Assembly (NCBI GenBank): GCA_965232515.1
Contig: CBDDPY010000002.1
Span: 7,008,001-7,072,000 of the forward strand
Direction: 5' to 3'
Length of the DNA stretch: 64,000 nucleotides
From: Alphaproteobacteria bacterium
GTDB taxonomy: Bacteria > Pseudomonadota > Alphaproteobacteria > GCA-2731375
Both the position numbers and the translations under genes were made by a program. Below, piece by piece: positions 1 through 9,835 of this stretch. The notes below the pieces were generated by a model. That model was not told the DNA's origin. It worked only from the letters and a program-made list of their open reading frames with translations, and ran no database searches. Position 1 is the first letter of the stretch. Each line of letters opens with the position of its first letter.

Positions 1-336
1 CAGGGATGGCCGCCCTCCCGCTGCGCCGCGCGTCGCCCGCCAAGCGGGGGCGAGCGAGCGACGGCGGCTCCGCGGGGATGGCTTTGCGAAGCCCGGTGTT
101 TTCTTTCAGAAATCAGAGCGTGGAGATTGGATCCCGTTCGCCATTAACCGAGGATGCCGGAAACGCCCGTCCGCCTCAACGATCGGCGGTCCCCCCAATT
201 TTTCCCTCCGCTAGCGCTCCAGAAAAAATCGGCACCCCCGCCGACCCTCCGGGCGCGCGTGCCGCGCGTCGTTGACCCGGCCGACCGTTTCCGACCGCCA
301 GGCGGTGTCGAAACGTTGATCAAAGGAGACACCGAA

Positions 337-549
337 ATGACTCGTCAAACCGACACTGCCTTTCCGTTCGATATCGATGAAGAAATCGCCATCCGTCGCA
401 AGGAACTCGACCGCGAGATCGCACACGTCAGAGGAGCAGAAGCCGACTTCGACGACTACGGGGTGGAAGGGACGCCGCATCTGAAAGAAATGGCGGACCT
501 GCTGGATGCGCTGATCGCGGCGCGGCAACAGGAGCTGGGGGGCGCTTAA
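337..549 (+). CDS. small acidic hypothetical protein (70 aa)
   Basis: AAGGAG RBS before ATG337; followed by a terminator hairpin. Confidence 0.7.
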   Translation: MTRQTDTAFPFDIDEEIAIRRKELDREIAHVRGAEADFDDYGVEGTPHLKEMADLLDALIAARQQELGGA

Positions 550-561
550 GCCCCCTTTTTT
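538..561 (+). terminator. rho-independent terminator
   Basis: GGGGGC-GCTTAA-GCCCCC followed by TTTTTT. Confidence 0.7.
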
Positions 562-732
562 GCTTCGGCGCCTCGGCGCAAACTGAGAGTATGTGCTCTT
601 CTGTACAATCCAGAGTTTACAAATCATAAATGTATATAGACGAGAATGATAAGTTGCGGCGCACTTCCTCAAAGAACGCTTGAACCTGTATTTGAGGTGC
701 TGACACCGCCAACTGAACGGAAGGTGGAGGGC

Positions 733-969
733 ATGGTCGGCAGAGTTTTGGCAGTTGAAGACGTATTGGCGGCGCCGCGCATCGGCAGGCTTTCAAATGC
801 CGCATGGGCATGGGAATTCCTGCGGCGCAACCCGGATTATCAGCGGGCCTACCGTGCCAATCGTCCAGGGATGATGAAGCCGATCACACTCAAGTCGCGG
901 ACGCGCCTGATCCGTTTGCGCAAGCGGTTCCCGGAGGCAGAGAACTGGGGGTTGCTCTTTTTTCGCTGA
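733..969 (+). CDS. DUF6499 / Msi172-like N-terminal half of an FseA-type activator
   Basis: AWEFLRRNPDY motif; ends WGLLFFR*; GGAGGG RBS before ATG733. Confidence 0.85.
   Translation: MVGRVLAVEDVLAAPRIGRLSNAAWAWEFLRRNPDYQRAYRANRPGMMKPITLKSRTRLIRLRKRFPEAENWGLLFFR
946..969 (+). promoter_or_regulatory. +1 programmed ribosomal frameshift site
   Basis: TGG GGG TTG CTC TTT TTT CGC TGA; the +1 frame continues TTC GCT GAT CCG (FADP) into the DUF2285 ORF; resembles the msi172-msi171 slippery motif. Confidence 0.85.
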
Positions 970-1546
970 TCCGGCCCTAAGCGCCGGAGAGGCCGACGTG
1001 TTCTGGCGGCCCGATCTTTTTCCTGCGACGCTGGGCGTGCGCGTCGATCCGGTCGACGAAAGAACGAACGGCGATGTCATAACGCTGGACCGGATTCACA
1101 GCCGGCGCACCATCGCCGAGGTGCCGGGCTGGGGTCAATTCGCCGTGCTGGATTGCGACCGGTATTGGGTTCAACTCGCATATCAGGGCGAGGCGCCGGT
1201 CGGCGACCGAGGGGCCGTCAGGGTACAGATCGATGGCGTTGAACATGGCCATCGGCATATCAAATCGGCTGCGCAATTGCTCGCGCTCTACCGGGAAACG
1301 GACCGCCCTTTGAGCTCAATCGGGGTTCGCCGCAACGGCAAGAGGCTTGGGGATGCGCTGCTGGCGCACGACATAAAGTCGGTGGGCGGCAGCCTGCGCG
1401 ACATCGCAACGGGCCTATATGGCGCACAGATTGTAGAGCGCGATTGGAGCGGCGAAAGCCGTTACCTGAAAGAAAGAGCGCGTCGTGCGCTCGAACGCGC
1501 CAAGAAAACCATCGACGGCGCCTATCTGAATCTATTAGAAGAATAG
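962..1546 (+). CDS. fseA: DUF2285 / Msi171-like C-terminal half of FseA-type transcriptional activator
   Basis: FADP..VFWRPD start; C-terminal HTH 'GGSLRDIATGLYG...RARRAL...GAY' typical of DUF2285; lies upstream of rdfS. Confidence 0.8.
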   Translation, partial: FADPALSAGEADVFWRPDLFPATLGVRVDPVDERTNGDVITLDRIHSRRTIAEVPGWGQFAVLDCDRYWVQLAYQGEAPVGDRGAVRVQIDGVEHGHRHIKSAAQLLALYRETDRPLSSIGVRRNGKRLGDALLAHDIKSVGGSLRDIATGLYGAQIVERDWSGESRYLKERARRALERAKKTIDGAYLNLLEE

Positions 1547-1583
1547 TCAGGCGCACACAGAACGCCACGGTCGCGCCCAAGGG

Positions 1584-1615
1584 GTGTCGTTTCTGAAGTA
1601 GTTTGAAAACGACAC
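1584..1615. promoter_or_regulatory. inverted repeat upstream of rdfS, candidate FseA binding site
   Basis: GTGTCGTTT-N14-AAACGACAC perfect 9-bp inverted repeat. Confidence 0.55.
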
Positions 1616-1706
1616 TACCGAAACCCTCGAACAGGTCACACTATTCCTTTAGAGCCCCCCAAAAGGCTCCGTGACGTACTGTCTGTGTATTGTGGGGTAT
1701 CTAGAG

Positions 1707-1919
1707 ATGGCGAATGATGATGACATCAATGAAAGCCCGTTCAAAACGACCGTAGAAGCCGCGCGATTCCTGCGTCTGAAGAAGCGGACGCTCGATAATA
1801 TGCGTTGGCGTGGCGTCGGTCCCAAGTACCGCAAACATGGCGGTCGCATCTGTTACCACGTTGAAGACCTGACGGCATGGTCGAATGCGCATGAGAGCAC
1901 TCATGCCGCAGAAAGATGA
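1707..1919 (+). CDS. rdfS: HTH excisionase / recombination directionality factor (RdfS-like)
   Basis: TTVEAARFLRLKKRTLDNMRWRGVGPKYRKHGGRICYHVEDL is an HTH_17/RdfS signature. Confidence 0.85.
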   Translation: MANDDDINESPFKTTVEAARFLRLKKRTLDNMRWRGVGPKYRKHGGRICYHVEDLTAWSNAHESTHAAER

Positions 1920-2379
1920 CCATCTAACCCGCGTCGATCTCGCGTTTTATCCGGACACGGTCAATGACTGGCTGCGGTTTGGCGCGCCCTTGCGCCTCGA
2001 TCATCTAGACCGCCGACGAAGCCGAGCTTGGTTCCGGCCGCACTCTACCTTTAGCTATATACGCTGGCGCGCAAACGAATACGGCACGCAGTCTTGGCGA
2101 TGCTTCGTGTTGCGAGCGGCAGCGCCCGGGGAGATCGCAACGCGCGTGCCGGGCGTTTATCCCGGCGCCCATGTGCTCGTCAATGTGTCGGGTGTCACCT
2201 ATTCAAAGCGGCTTCTATCCATGTTCGATGACCTTGAAATCATCGTCAATGACCTGAGTGACGTGTCGCCTGCTTATTGGCGTCAGGCACAGCTTCGCGT
2301 TCCCTTGAAGCTGGAGCCGCACGCCTATGCCGCCGAACAATCGGTCGGCGCGGCAATGCTGGCGGGAATTGCTTCGTGA
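1903..2379 (+). CDS. DUF2840 domain protein
   Basis: WLRFG, RWRANEYGT and VPGVYPG motifs; position before traF. Confidence 0.85.
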   Translation: MPQKDDHLTRVDLAFYPDTVNDWLRFGAPLRLDHLDRRRSRAWFRPHSTFSYIRWRANEYGTQSWRCFVLRAAAPGEIATRVPGVYPGAHVLVNVSGVTYSKRLLSMFDDLEIIVNDLSDVSPAYWRQAQLRVPLKLEPHAYAAEQSVGAAMLAGIAS

Positions 2380-2882
2380 GGCGCGGGGCGGCGACATTCG
2401 CTTGCGGTTCGGCCGCCATCGCCGCGATTTTGGCAGCGAGCTTCAATGCGTTCAGCCCGCGTCTCATTTACAATCCGAGCCCCAGCGCGCCGCTGGGTTT
2501 CTATCTGATCGACCGAAAAACGCCCTTCAAAACCGGCGACCGCGTGGCCGCATTCGCGCCGGAATGGGCGCGCGAACTGGCCGATGAACGCGGCTATCTG
2601 CCTGGCGATTTGCCGGTGATCAAGCAAGTTTGGGCGATGGCCGGAGATGAAATCTGCGCCGAAAACAGACTGCTTTTTGCGCCCAGTCAGCCTCCGATTC
2701 ATGCAAGAGACAGCGATAGTTTAGGCCGTGAAATGCCGGTCTGGACAGGCTGCCGAACCCTTCAGCAAGGGGAATACCTGCTCATTTCCAACGATGTGCA
2801 GGGCTCGTTCGACGGCCGCTATTTCGGGCCGGTGACGGATGAGGAAATCCTTGGCCGCGCCCGCCTGGTGTGGCGGCACTAA
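2376..2882 (+). CDS. traF: conjugal transfer S26 peptidase TraF
   Basis: YNPSPSAPLGFY, IKQV and SFDGRYFGP motifs; GTG start overlaps the DUF2840 stop. Confidence 0.9.
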   Translation: MRRGAATFACGSAAIAAILAASFNAFSPRLIYNPSPSAPLGFYLIDRKTPFKTGDRVAAFAPEWARELADERGYLPGDLPVIKQVWAMAGDEICAENRLLFAPSQPPIHARDSDSLGREMPVWTGCRTLQQGEYLLISNDVQGSFDGRYFGPVTDEEILGRARLVWRH

Positions 2883-2939
2883 AGCACGGACTGATCATAT
2901 GGAGCGGATGAGAGACGGTGTGCGGGGAGAGTCGGAGGT

Positions 2940-3035
2940 AGGGCAAGATAAAAGGGACCTGCGCACAGTGCGCTGCGAGGCCAGCCTGCACATCACTTTT
3001 GCATGCGCACGGACGAAACGTCCATGCGCATGCCT
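2940..3035. promoter_or_regulatory. candidate oriT region
   Basis: Intergenic before the relaxase; GCAAGATAAAAGGG, GCGCAC-A-GTGCGC inverted repeat, and a 15-bp-stem hairpin at 3001-3033 with one mismatch. Confidence 0.45.
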
Positions 3036-3130
3036 TTGACGGCAACGCCTTGATCACCTTGCGGTTTTCAATGCGCATGCTCTGAAAAATCCCGGAAACA
3101 CAACGCCTTAGCGGAGGCGAAGATCGTGAC

Positions 3131-5065
3131 ATGACGACAAAGGAGGAAAACCCGTTTCGCCCCAAGCTCGGCCGCATTCGCTCGCAGGGTTCCGCCAAAA
3201 AGGCGAAGAGCTATCTCTCCCGCGTTGTCAGGTCGGCGTCGCGGGCCGGCGGCGGGATCTCCCGGACGGCGCGGCCCAGACGATCGGCGGGAGCGGCGCG
3301 CACCTTCTCTCGGCGCGTCGTCATCAAGGCGCGTTTCGTCAAGCTCGCCGGGAGTGGCGCCAAGGCCCAGGCGCTGCATCTGCGCTACATTCAACGGGAC
3401 GGCGTGACCCGCGAAGGTGAGAAAGGTCGGCTCTACAACGCCACCAGCGACGACGTGGACGGTGATGCGTTTCTCAAGCGCAATGAGACCGACCGCCATC
3501 AATTTCGTTTCATCGTATCGCCGGAGGACGGCGAGCAGCTCAATGACCTGAAGCCGTTCATCCGCGATCTCATGGACGCCGCGGAACGCGACCTCGGCAC
3601 TAAGCTCGATTGGGTCGCCGCCGATCATTTCAACACGGAGCACCCCCACACCCATATCGTGCTGTCGAGCAAGCGCGACGATGGACGCGACCTGGTAATC
3701 CCCCGCGACTATATCCGCCATGGCTTTCGCACACGGGCCGCCGAACTCCTGACCATCGAGCTCGGCCCCCAGACCGAATTGGAGATGCGCACCAGGCTGG
3801 CGGCGGAGGTCCGGCACGAACGCTTCACGAGGCTCGATCGGGATCTGGTCGCGACCGCGACGGACGAGACCATCGATCTTTCGACGGACGGCCCCACCCG
3901 TTGGCGCGAGCGGCTGCGCATGATGCGGCTTAAAAAACTGGAGGAGTTGGGGCTCGCCGAGAAGGCCGGCGCGCGGCGGTGGCGTCTGTCGTCCGAGCTG
4001 GAACCAACCTTACGGCGTATGGGCGAGCGCGGCGACATCATCAAGACCATGCACCGCGAGCTGGCGGCAAACGGAACTGAAAGGACGATCGGCGCCGATG
4101 CGATCTACGATCCGGGCGACCCCCGCGCCAAGCCCGTCGAAGGCCAGATCATCGCCAAGGGTCTTTCGGACGAACTCAACAGCCGCGCCTATGCGATCAT
4201 CGATGCAACAGACGGGCGCGCGGTCTATGTGGAGATCGGCGCGGTTTCCAAGTCGGAGGATTTGAAGCCCGGCATGTTGGTGCGCATTGAACCGCCCGAC
4301 ATTCGCCCCAAACCTTCCGATGTCACCATCGACGAGATCGCCCAAGCCAATGGCGGCCGGTACAGCCCGGCGCTGCATATGATCCACGATGACAAGGCGC
4401 GGCCGGAATTTGTCGAAGCCCATGTGCGCCGGCTGGAGGCGGTCCGCCGCGCAGGTCACGCGGAGCGTTTCGAAGACGGATCCTGGGCGGTGCCGCAGGA
4501 TTATCTCGACCGCGCCGTTCAGTACGAACGGGAACGCGCGAAGGATGCGCCCGTCAAGGCGCATGTCCTTTCGACGCTGACGATCGATGCGCAGGTGACC
4601 GCCGAGGGCGCGACCTGGCTCGACCGGAGACTGGCGAGCGATCTTGAAGCCGATTTGGCCGGCACGGGATTCGGCGCCGAAGCGCGCGGCGCCGCTCAAG
4701 CGCGCAAGCGGTTCCTGATGCGAACCGGCCGGATCACCAAGGATCAGGCGCATAAACGGCTCGCGCAGAAAGTCCTGCGGGAGCTGGAACGCAAGGATCT
4801 GGCCGACGCGGCGCGCACCTTGTCGAAGGAACTCGGCAAGCCCTACAGCGAGATCGCCGAACGCGGAACCGTCGATGGAACCTATCTGAGGCCGGTTGAT
4901 CGCGTGAGTGGGCGCTACGCCCTCATTGAGCGTTCGAAGGATTTTACGCTGGCACCCTGGCGCGACGTGCTCGAACGCAACCGCGGCAAGTTCGTTTCCG
5001 GAGTTATCCGCGGCGAGACGATCACTTGGATGTTGACGCGGCCGCGCGGGCGGAACCTCGGCTGA
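3131..5065 (+). CDS. rlxS: VirD2/RlxS-type MOBP relaxase (DUF3363)
   Basis: HLRYIQRDG, FRFIVSPEDG and HFNTEHPHTHIV HUH motifs; GATWLDR motif. Confidence 0.93.
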   Translation: MTTKEENPFRPKLGRIRSQGSAKKAKSYLSRVVRSASRAGGGISRTARPRRSAGAARTFSRRVVIKARFVKLAGSGAKAQALHLRYIQRDGVTREGEKGRLYNATSDDVDGDAFLKRNETDRHQFRFIVSPEDGEQLNDLKPFIRDLMDAAERDLGTKLDWVAADHFNTEHPHTHIVLSSKRDDGRDLVIPRDYIRHGFRTRAAELLTIELGPQTELEMRTRLAAEVRHERFTRLDRDLVATATDETIDLSTDGPTRWRERLRMMRLKKLEELGLAEKAGARRWRLSSELEPTLRRMGERGDIIKTMHRELAANGTERTIGADAIYDPGDPRAKPVEGQIIAKGLSDELNSRAYAIIDATDGRAVYVEIGAVSKSEDLKPGMLVRIEPPDIRPKPSDVTIDEIAQANGGRYSPALHMIHDDKARPEFVEAHVRRLEAVRRAGHAERFEDGSWAVPQDYLDRAVQYERERAKDAPVKAHVLSTLTIDAQVTAEGATWLDRRLASDLEADLAGTGFGAEARGAAQARKRFLMRTGRITKDQAHKRLAQKVLRELERKDLADAARTLSKELGKPYSEIAERGTVDGTYLRPVDRVSGRYALIERSKDFTLAPWRDVLERNRGKFVSGVIRGETITWMLTRPRGRNLG

Positions 5066-5086
5066 ATCATCATCGATGAAACTGAG

Positions 5087-6121
5087 CTAGCTTTGCCGGC
5101 GGCGCGCGAGCGCCGACTCGAAAAAGAAACCGACGGCGAATCCGAACAGGCCGGAGAAAACAAACAGGAGATACTCCTGCCACTTCGCCCAGACCGTATC
5201 CTGCAATACCGCATGGAGGCTCACCCAGTGACCGAGATTCGCGTCGTTGCCGAGCAGGCTTTCAAAAAGAAGAAATTCGTACCTCGGGCCGCGGTTCGTC
5301 GCGAGCACGTTGGTCGGTCCCGGAATGGATAAATTCTGAACGAGCCGGTAATCGGCCGGAATGGCCAGCGAAGCCCCGATGGAGACGGGTGCGTTCTCGC
5401 CCGGTGAAGGCGACGGCAGCAAAACGCTCATCGAAAAGGTCGAGATCGATACATCCTTCTGCTCCAGGATGTTGCCGAGTTCGAAGATCAGCACGCCCGC
5501 AAAACCATCCAGTTGATCGCCAGCTAGGTGAATGCGCCATCCCCAGCGGTTGGGGTCTTCGATGGCTTTCACCGGCTTGGCATCAAAGCCGCGCATGGGA
5601 TCGACATAAAACCAGAGCGGCGGCAAGGTTGCCGGATCGCCACCCCCAATGATGATTTGAGGGCTGAGCATCTCGATGTTCGAAAACAGCTCGACCTCGG
5701 AGCAGGCCGGAACGCTGCCGTCGCCCAGCGTATCGAGCAATTGAAACGCGAGCCGCATGTCGCTGCGGCCGGAAACGAGGTCTCGCGACCTGTGCTGATC
5801 GTCAGGGATCTGGATATGGACAACCGGGTCAATTCCATCCCGGCAACTCGCCCGTATGGAAAAATTGGCGAACTCGGGCGTTTTGTCGCCCGGCAGCCCC
5901 GCGATCCAGATAACCCCGAACAGCGGGAGGACCATCAGCATCACGCCGCCGATGATCCCAGCGTGCCCCCACAGCCAGCGGACGAGATTTGCGCAAACCG
6001 TCCGACAACCGTCGATCATTCTTCCGCCAAACCTGACGACATTCCTGAGCTGTCGGCGCAATCGCCAGGCCGCGACACGAAGGTGTCGTGCCAGTCTGGG
6101 TCTTGGTTTGCCAACGTTCAT
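5087..6121 (-). CDS. hypothetical membrane protein (cargo)
   Basis: 344-aa ORF with N- and C-terminal hydrophobic helices around a beta-rich domain; start uncertain. Confidence 0.6.
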   Translation of the reverse strand: MNVGKPRPRLARHLRVAAWRLRRQLRNVVRFGGRMIDGCRTVCANLVRWLWGHAGIIGGVMLMVLPLFGVIWIAGLPGDKTPEFANFSIRASCRDGIDPVVHIQIPDDQHRSRDLVSGRSDMRLAFQLLDTLGDGSVPACSEVELFSNIEMLSPQIIIGGGDPATLPPLWFYVDPMRGFDAKPVKAIEDPNRWGWRIHLAGDQLDGFAGVLIFELGNILEQKDVSISTFSMSVLLPSPSPGENAPVSIGASLAIPADYRLVQNLSIPGPTNVLATNRGPRYEFLLFESLLGNDANLGHWVSLHAVLQDTVWAKWQEYLLFVFSGLFGFAVGFFFESALARRRQS

Positions 6122-6335
6122 GCCACGAAACGCCTTTCAAGCGGCATAGCCCGATAGAAATCGAAACAAAAAACAATTCATCGAATATCACCGAAGACGC
6201 TCGCAAGTACAGCGGAAACCCCTCCAACGTCACTTTAAGTCATTGATAACACTCTCTTTTCCGTCTTGACGGTTTTGCAATTCCGACCGCATCCTCGCCG
6301 GCAGATTTAATCTCTTGTTAACCGGATAGGTTGCG

Positions 6336-8372
6336 ATGACGCCCACCAAGATTCTGATCGGCCAAATTTGCATCGTCTTCGCTGTCGTCATTGCGGCGGT
6401 GTGGCTGGCGACGCAGTGGGCGGCCGGTCAGTTCGGGCACGATCCGGCCCTGGGCGCGCCGTGGTTCCGCATCGCAGGTCTGAATGTCTATTACCCCTGG
6501 CGGCTCTTCGAATGGTGGTATGCGTATGAAGCTTACGCCCCCGGCGTCTTCAACCGGGCCGGCGCCATCGCAGCCGGCGGCGGCTTTCTCGGCGCCGCCG
6601 TCGCCATCGCCGGTTCGGTGTGGCGCGCGCGGCAGTCCCGGAACGTAACGACCTATGGCTCCTCCCGCTGGGCGAAGCCGAAAGAGATCGCTAGCGCCAA
6701 GCTGTTCGAGCCAGCCGGTGTTTTCCTAGGGCGTCTCAAAGACCGCTACCTGCGCCATGACGGCCCAGAGCATGTGATCGCCTTCGCACCGACGCGCTCA
6801 GGTAAAGGCGTCGGCCTCGTCATTCCGACCTTGCTGTCGTGGCCGCACTCGGCAGTGATCCACGACATCAAGGGCGAGAACTGGACGCTTACAGCGAACT
6901 GGCGTTCAAGTTTCTCACACTGCTTGTTGTTCGATCCGACCAATCCTCTAAGCGCCAAATACAATCCGCTGCTCGAAGTGCGCAAAGGACCGCACGAGGT
7001 CCGCGACGTTCAGAACATCGCCGACATCCTGGTCGATCCGGAGGGCGCGCTCGAACGCCGAAATCACTGGGAAAAAACCAGCCACGCGCTTCTCGTCGGC
7101 GTGATCCTCCATGTTCTCTATGCGGAGGAAGAAAAGACGTTGGCGCGCGTCGCCACGTTCCTTTCCGATCCGGGCCGATCCTTCGAGCGCACGCTCTGGA
7201 TCATGATGACCACCAACCATCTGGGCGACGAGGCCACCCCAAGCGTCCATCCCGTCGTCGCGAGCGCCGCACGCGAGCTTCTGAACAAATCGGAGAACGA
7301 ACGGTCGGGCGTCCTGTCCACCGCCATGTCGTTCCTCGGGCTTTACCGCGATCCGACCGTGGCGCGCGTTACATCGGCTTGTGACTGGCGCATCGCCGAT
7401 CTTGTGGACGCGGCCCGTCCGGTATCGCTCTATCTCGTTATTCCGCCTTCGGACATATCGCGCACCAAGCCGCTGGTGCGCCTGATCCTCAACCAGATCG
7501 GCCGGCGACTGACCGAGAAACTCGAAGGCGATCATACGCTCGCGGGCCGCCGGCGGCTGTTGTTCATGCTGGACGAGTTTCCCGCGCTCGGACGGCTCGA
7601 TTTCTTCGAAAGCGCGCTCGCCTTCATGGCGGGCTACGGTGTGCGCTCCTATTTGATCGCGCAGTCCCTCAATCAGATCGAAAAGGCCTACGGCGCCAAC
7701 AACTCGATCCTCGACAACTGCCATGTGCGGATCGCGTTTGCGTCAAACGACGAACGCACGGCAAAGCGCATCAGCGACATGCTGGGCGCGACGACCGAGC
7801 TGCGCGCCATGCGCAACTATGCGGGCCACCGTCTCGCGCCGTGGCTTGCGCATGTGATGGTGTCGCGGCAGGAAACCCAGCGTCAGCTTCTCACCCCCGG
7901 CGAGGTGATGCAGCTTCCGCCCGACGATGAGCTGGTGCTGGTCTCCGGCATGGCGCCGATCCGCGCCACCAAGTTGCGTTACTTCGAGGACCGGAATTTC
8001 ACCGAGCGCCTTGGCGACGCGCCGGCTCTCTCCGAGAACGCCTACGAGGACTGCCCACCGGCGCGGGGAGACGATTGGGGCGGCCATGTGCGCGACGTCC
8101 ATGAGGAACTCGCGCGTCCGTGGTTCGAACTCGTCTCGGGCGGCGAGGACGAGGGAGGCTTGCGCAAGCAGCTGGAACTCGATCCTCAAGGCGAGGACCA
8201 GCCTCAAAAAACACCGGATACGGAGGAACGGCCTCGAGACGACGATGCGCCCGATATCGCCGCCAGGCGCATGGCGGAGATGGGCCGTCGGTCGGACGTC
8301 TTGCGCCGTGCTCACGGAATCAACCTCGGCGCCAATCCGGGCGACGACCAAGACATCCTGAAAGGCTTCTGA
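6336..8372 (+). CDS. traG: type IV coupling protein TraG/VirD4
   Basis: APTRSGKGVG Walker A, MLDEF Walker B, N-terminal TM segments. Confidence 0.96.
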   Translation: MTPTKILIGQICIVFAVVIAAVWLATQWAAGQFGHDPALGAPWFRIAGLNVYYPWRLFEWWYAYEAYAPGVFNRAGAIAAGGGFLGAAVAIAGSVWRARQSRNVTTYGSSRWAKPKEIASAKLFEPAGVFLGRLKDRYLRHDGPEHVIAFAPTRSGKGVGLVIPTLLSWPHSAVIHDIKGENWTLTANWRSSFSHCLLFDPTNPLSAKYNPLLEVRKGPHEVRDVQNIADILVDPEGALERRNHWEKTSHALLVGVILHVLYAEEEKTLARVATFLSDPGRSFERTLWIMMTTNHLGDEATPSVHPVVASAARELLNKSENERSGVLSTAMSFLGLYRDPTVARVTSACDWRIADLVDAARPVSLYLVIPPSDISRTKPLVRLILNQIGRRLTEKLEGDHTLAGRRRLLFMLDEFPALGRLDFFESALAFMAGYGVRSYLIAQSLNQIEKAYGANNSILDNCHVRIAFASNDERTAKRISDMLGATTELRAMRNYAGHRLAPWLAHVMVSRQETQRQLLTPGEVMQLPPDDELVLVSGMAPIRATKLRYFEDRNFTERLGDAPALSENAYEDCPPARGDDWGGHVRDVHEELARPWFELVSGGEDEGGLRKQLELDPQGEDQPQKTPDTEERPRDDDAPDIAARRMAEMGRRSDVLRRAHGINLGANPGDDQDILKGF

Positions 8373-8373
8373 C

Positions 8374-8850
8374 ATGGCTGCGTCACGCAAACCCAGGATC
8401 AACACGCATGTTTCGCACGAGCTCCATGCCCGCTTGATGGCGGCGTCAAAACGCCCCGGTCTCACCCAGACGGAGATCGTCGAGGCGGCGCTGGCGGCGT
8501 TTCTGTCCCCCGAACGCGACGACCAGCGCGACGCCGCGATCATTCGCCGTCTGGACCGTATGACCCGACAGTTCGGGCGCATGGAGCGGGACCAATTGAT
8601 CCTGGCCGAGACCATGGCGCTGTTCATCCGCCTGTTCCTGACACTGACGCCGCCGGTGCCGGAAGCGGACAAGGACGCGGCTCGGGCCACGGGCAAGGAG
8701 CGTTTCGATTACTTCATCGATCAACTCGGTCGCCAGTTCGCCAGTGGACGCCGGGTTCTCGAAGAAGCGCTTGAGGAATTCACCGCCGAGACCGACGACT
8801 TCTTCTCGCTGCGGGATCTCGAAGAAAAGCGGGAGAACGGCCATGCTTGA
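8374..8850 (+). CDS. CopG/ribbon-helix-helix protein
   Basis: IVEAALAAFLSP..RRLDR motif; position between traG and trbB. Confidence 0.85.
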   Translation: MAASRKPRINTHVSHELHARLMAASKRPGLTQTEIVEAALAAFLSPERDDQRDAAIIRRLDRMTRQFGRMERDQLILAETMALFIRLFLTLTPPVPEADKDAARATGKERFDYFIDQLGRQFASGRRVLEEALEEFTAETDDFFSLRDLEEKRENGHA

Positions 8851-9817
8851 CCGCTTGAGCCCCGAAACCCGGTCCCGCCAGCGGGCCATGCTGAAAACGG
8901 CCATGGGGCCGGTGATCGGCGCGGCCTTGGAAGATCCCGCCGTCATTGAAGTGATGGTCAATCCCGACGGGTGTCTGTGGCTCGACCGGCACGGCGACGG
9001 CCGGGTCGCCACGGGCGATGTGATTGCACCCCAGGAAACGGAACGGGTAATCCGGCTCGTCGCCAGTCACATCCGCCAGGAATGCGACGCCCAGCGGCCG
9101 ATCGTCAGCGCAGAGCTGCCCGAAACGGGCGAACGCTTCGAAGGCGTCTTGCCGCCGGTCGCGACGGCTCCATGCTTCTCCATCCGTAAATCGGCCGGCC
9201 GCGTTTTCTCCCTGCAGGACTATGTGGACGCGCGGGTGATGACGGCGCATCAGGCCGCGATCCTCCGCAAGGCCGTCCGGGAACGGAAGAACCTGCTCAT
9301 CGTCGGCGGCACCTCATCGGGAAAGACCACGCTCGCAAATACGCTGCTCGGAGAGATCGCCGAGAGTGGTGACCGCATCATCATCATCGAAGATACACGC
9401 GAGCTTGTCTGCCATGGCGATGACGCCGTCGCGCTGAGAACCAAGCCGGGCGTCGTCACGCTCGCCGACCTGGTTCGCTCCACCATGCGTCTTCGGCCCG
9501 ACCGCATCATCGTTGGTGAAGTGCGCGGCGCCGAAGCCCTTGAGATGCTGAAAAGCTGGAACACCGGTCATCCGGGCGGCATCGCCACGCTCCACGCCAA
9601 TTCGGCGCGCGCGGGCCTTTATCGCCTGGAGCAGCTCATTCAAGAGGCCGTCGTCACGGTGCCGCGCGACCTGATCGCCGAGGCGATCGACGTGGTCGTG
9701 TTCATTCAAGGCCGAAATGCAGGACGCCGTGTCGAGGCCATTGCCTCAGTCGAAGGATTGGAAAGCGGTGACTACGCCTTGCGTGAAGAGGCGGCCGCCA
9801 AACTCGACGCCGCGTGA
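8843..9817 (+). CDS. trbB: P-type conjugative transfer ATPase TrbB
   Basis: GGTSSGKTT, RLRPDRIIVGEVRG and WNTGHPGG motifs. Confidence 0.95.
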   Translation: MLDRLSPETRSRQRAMLKTAMGPVIGAALEDPAVIEVMVNPDGCLWLDRHGDGRVATGDVIAPQETERVIRLVASHIRQECDAQRPIVSAELPETGERFEGVLPPVATAPCFSIRKSAGRVFSLQDYVDARVMTAHQAAILRKAVRERKNLLIVGGTSSGKTTLANTLLGEIAESGDRIIIIEDTRELVCHGDDAVALRTKPGVVTLADLVRSTMRLRPDRIIVGEVRGAEALEMLKSWNTGHPGGIATLHANSARAGLYRLEQLIQEAVVTVPRDLIAEAIDVVVFIQGRNAGRRVEAIASVEGLESGDYALREEAAAKLDAA

Positions 9818-9835
9818 TTATTGGAGGAGACCACC

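Noticed and set aside
562-732. tra/lux box upstream of the msi172-like gene
   Set aside because: The region is AT-rich and promoter-like, but I see no clear 18-20-bp dyad.
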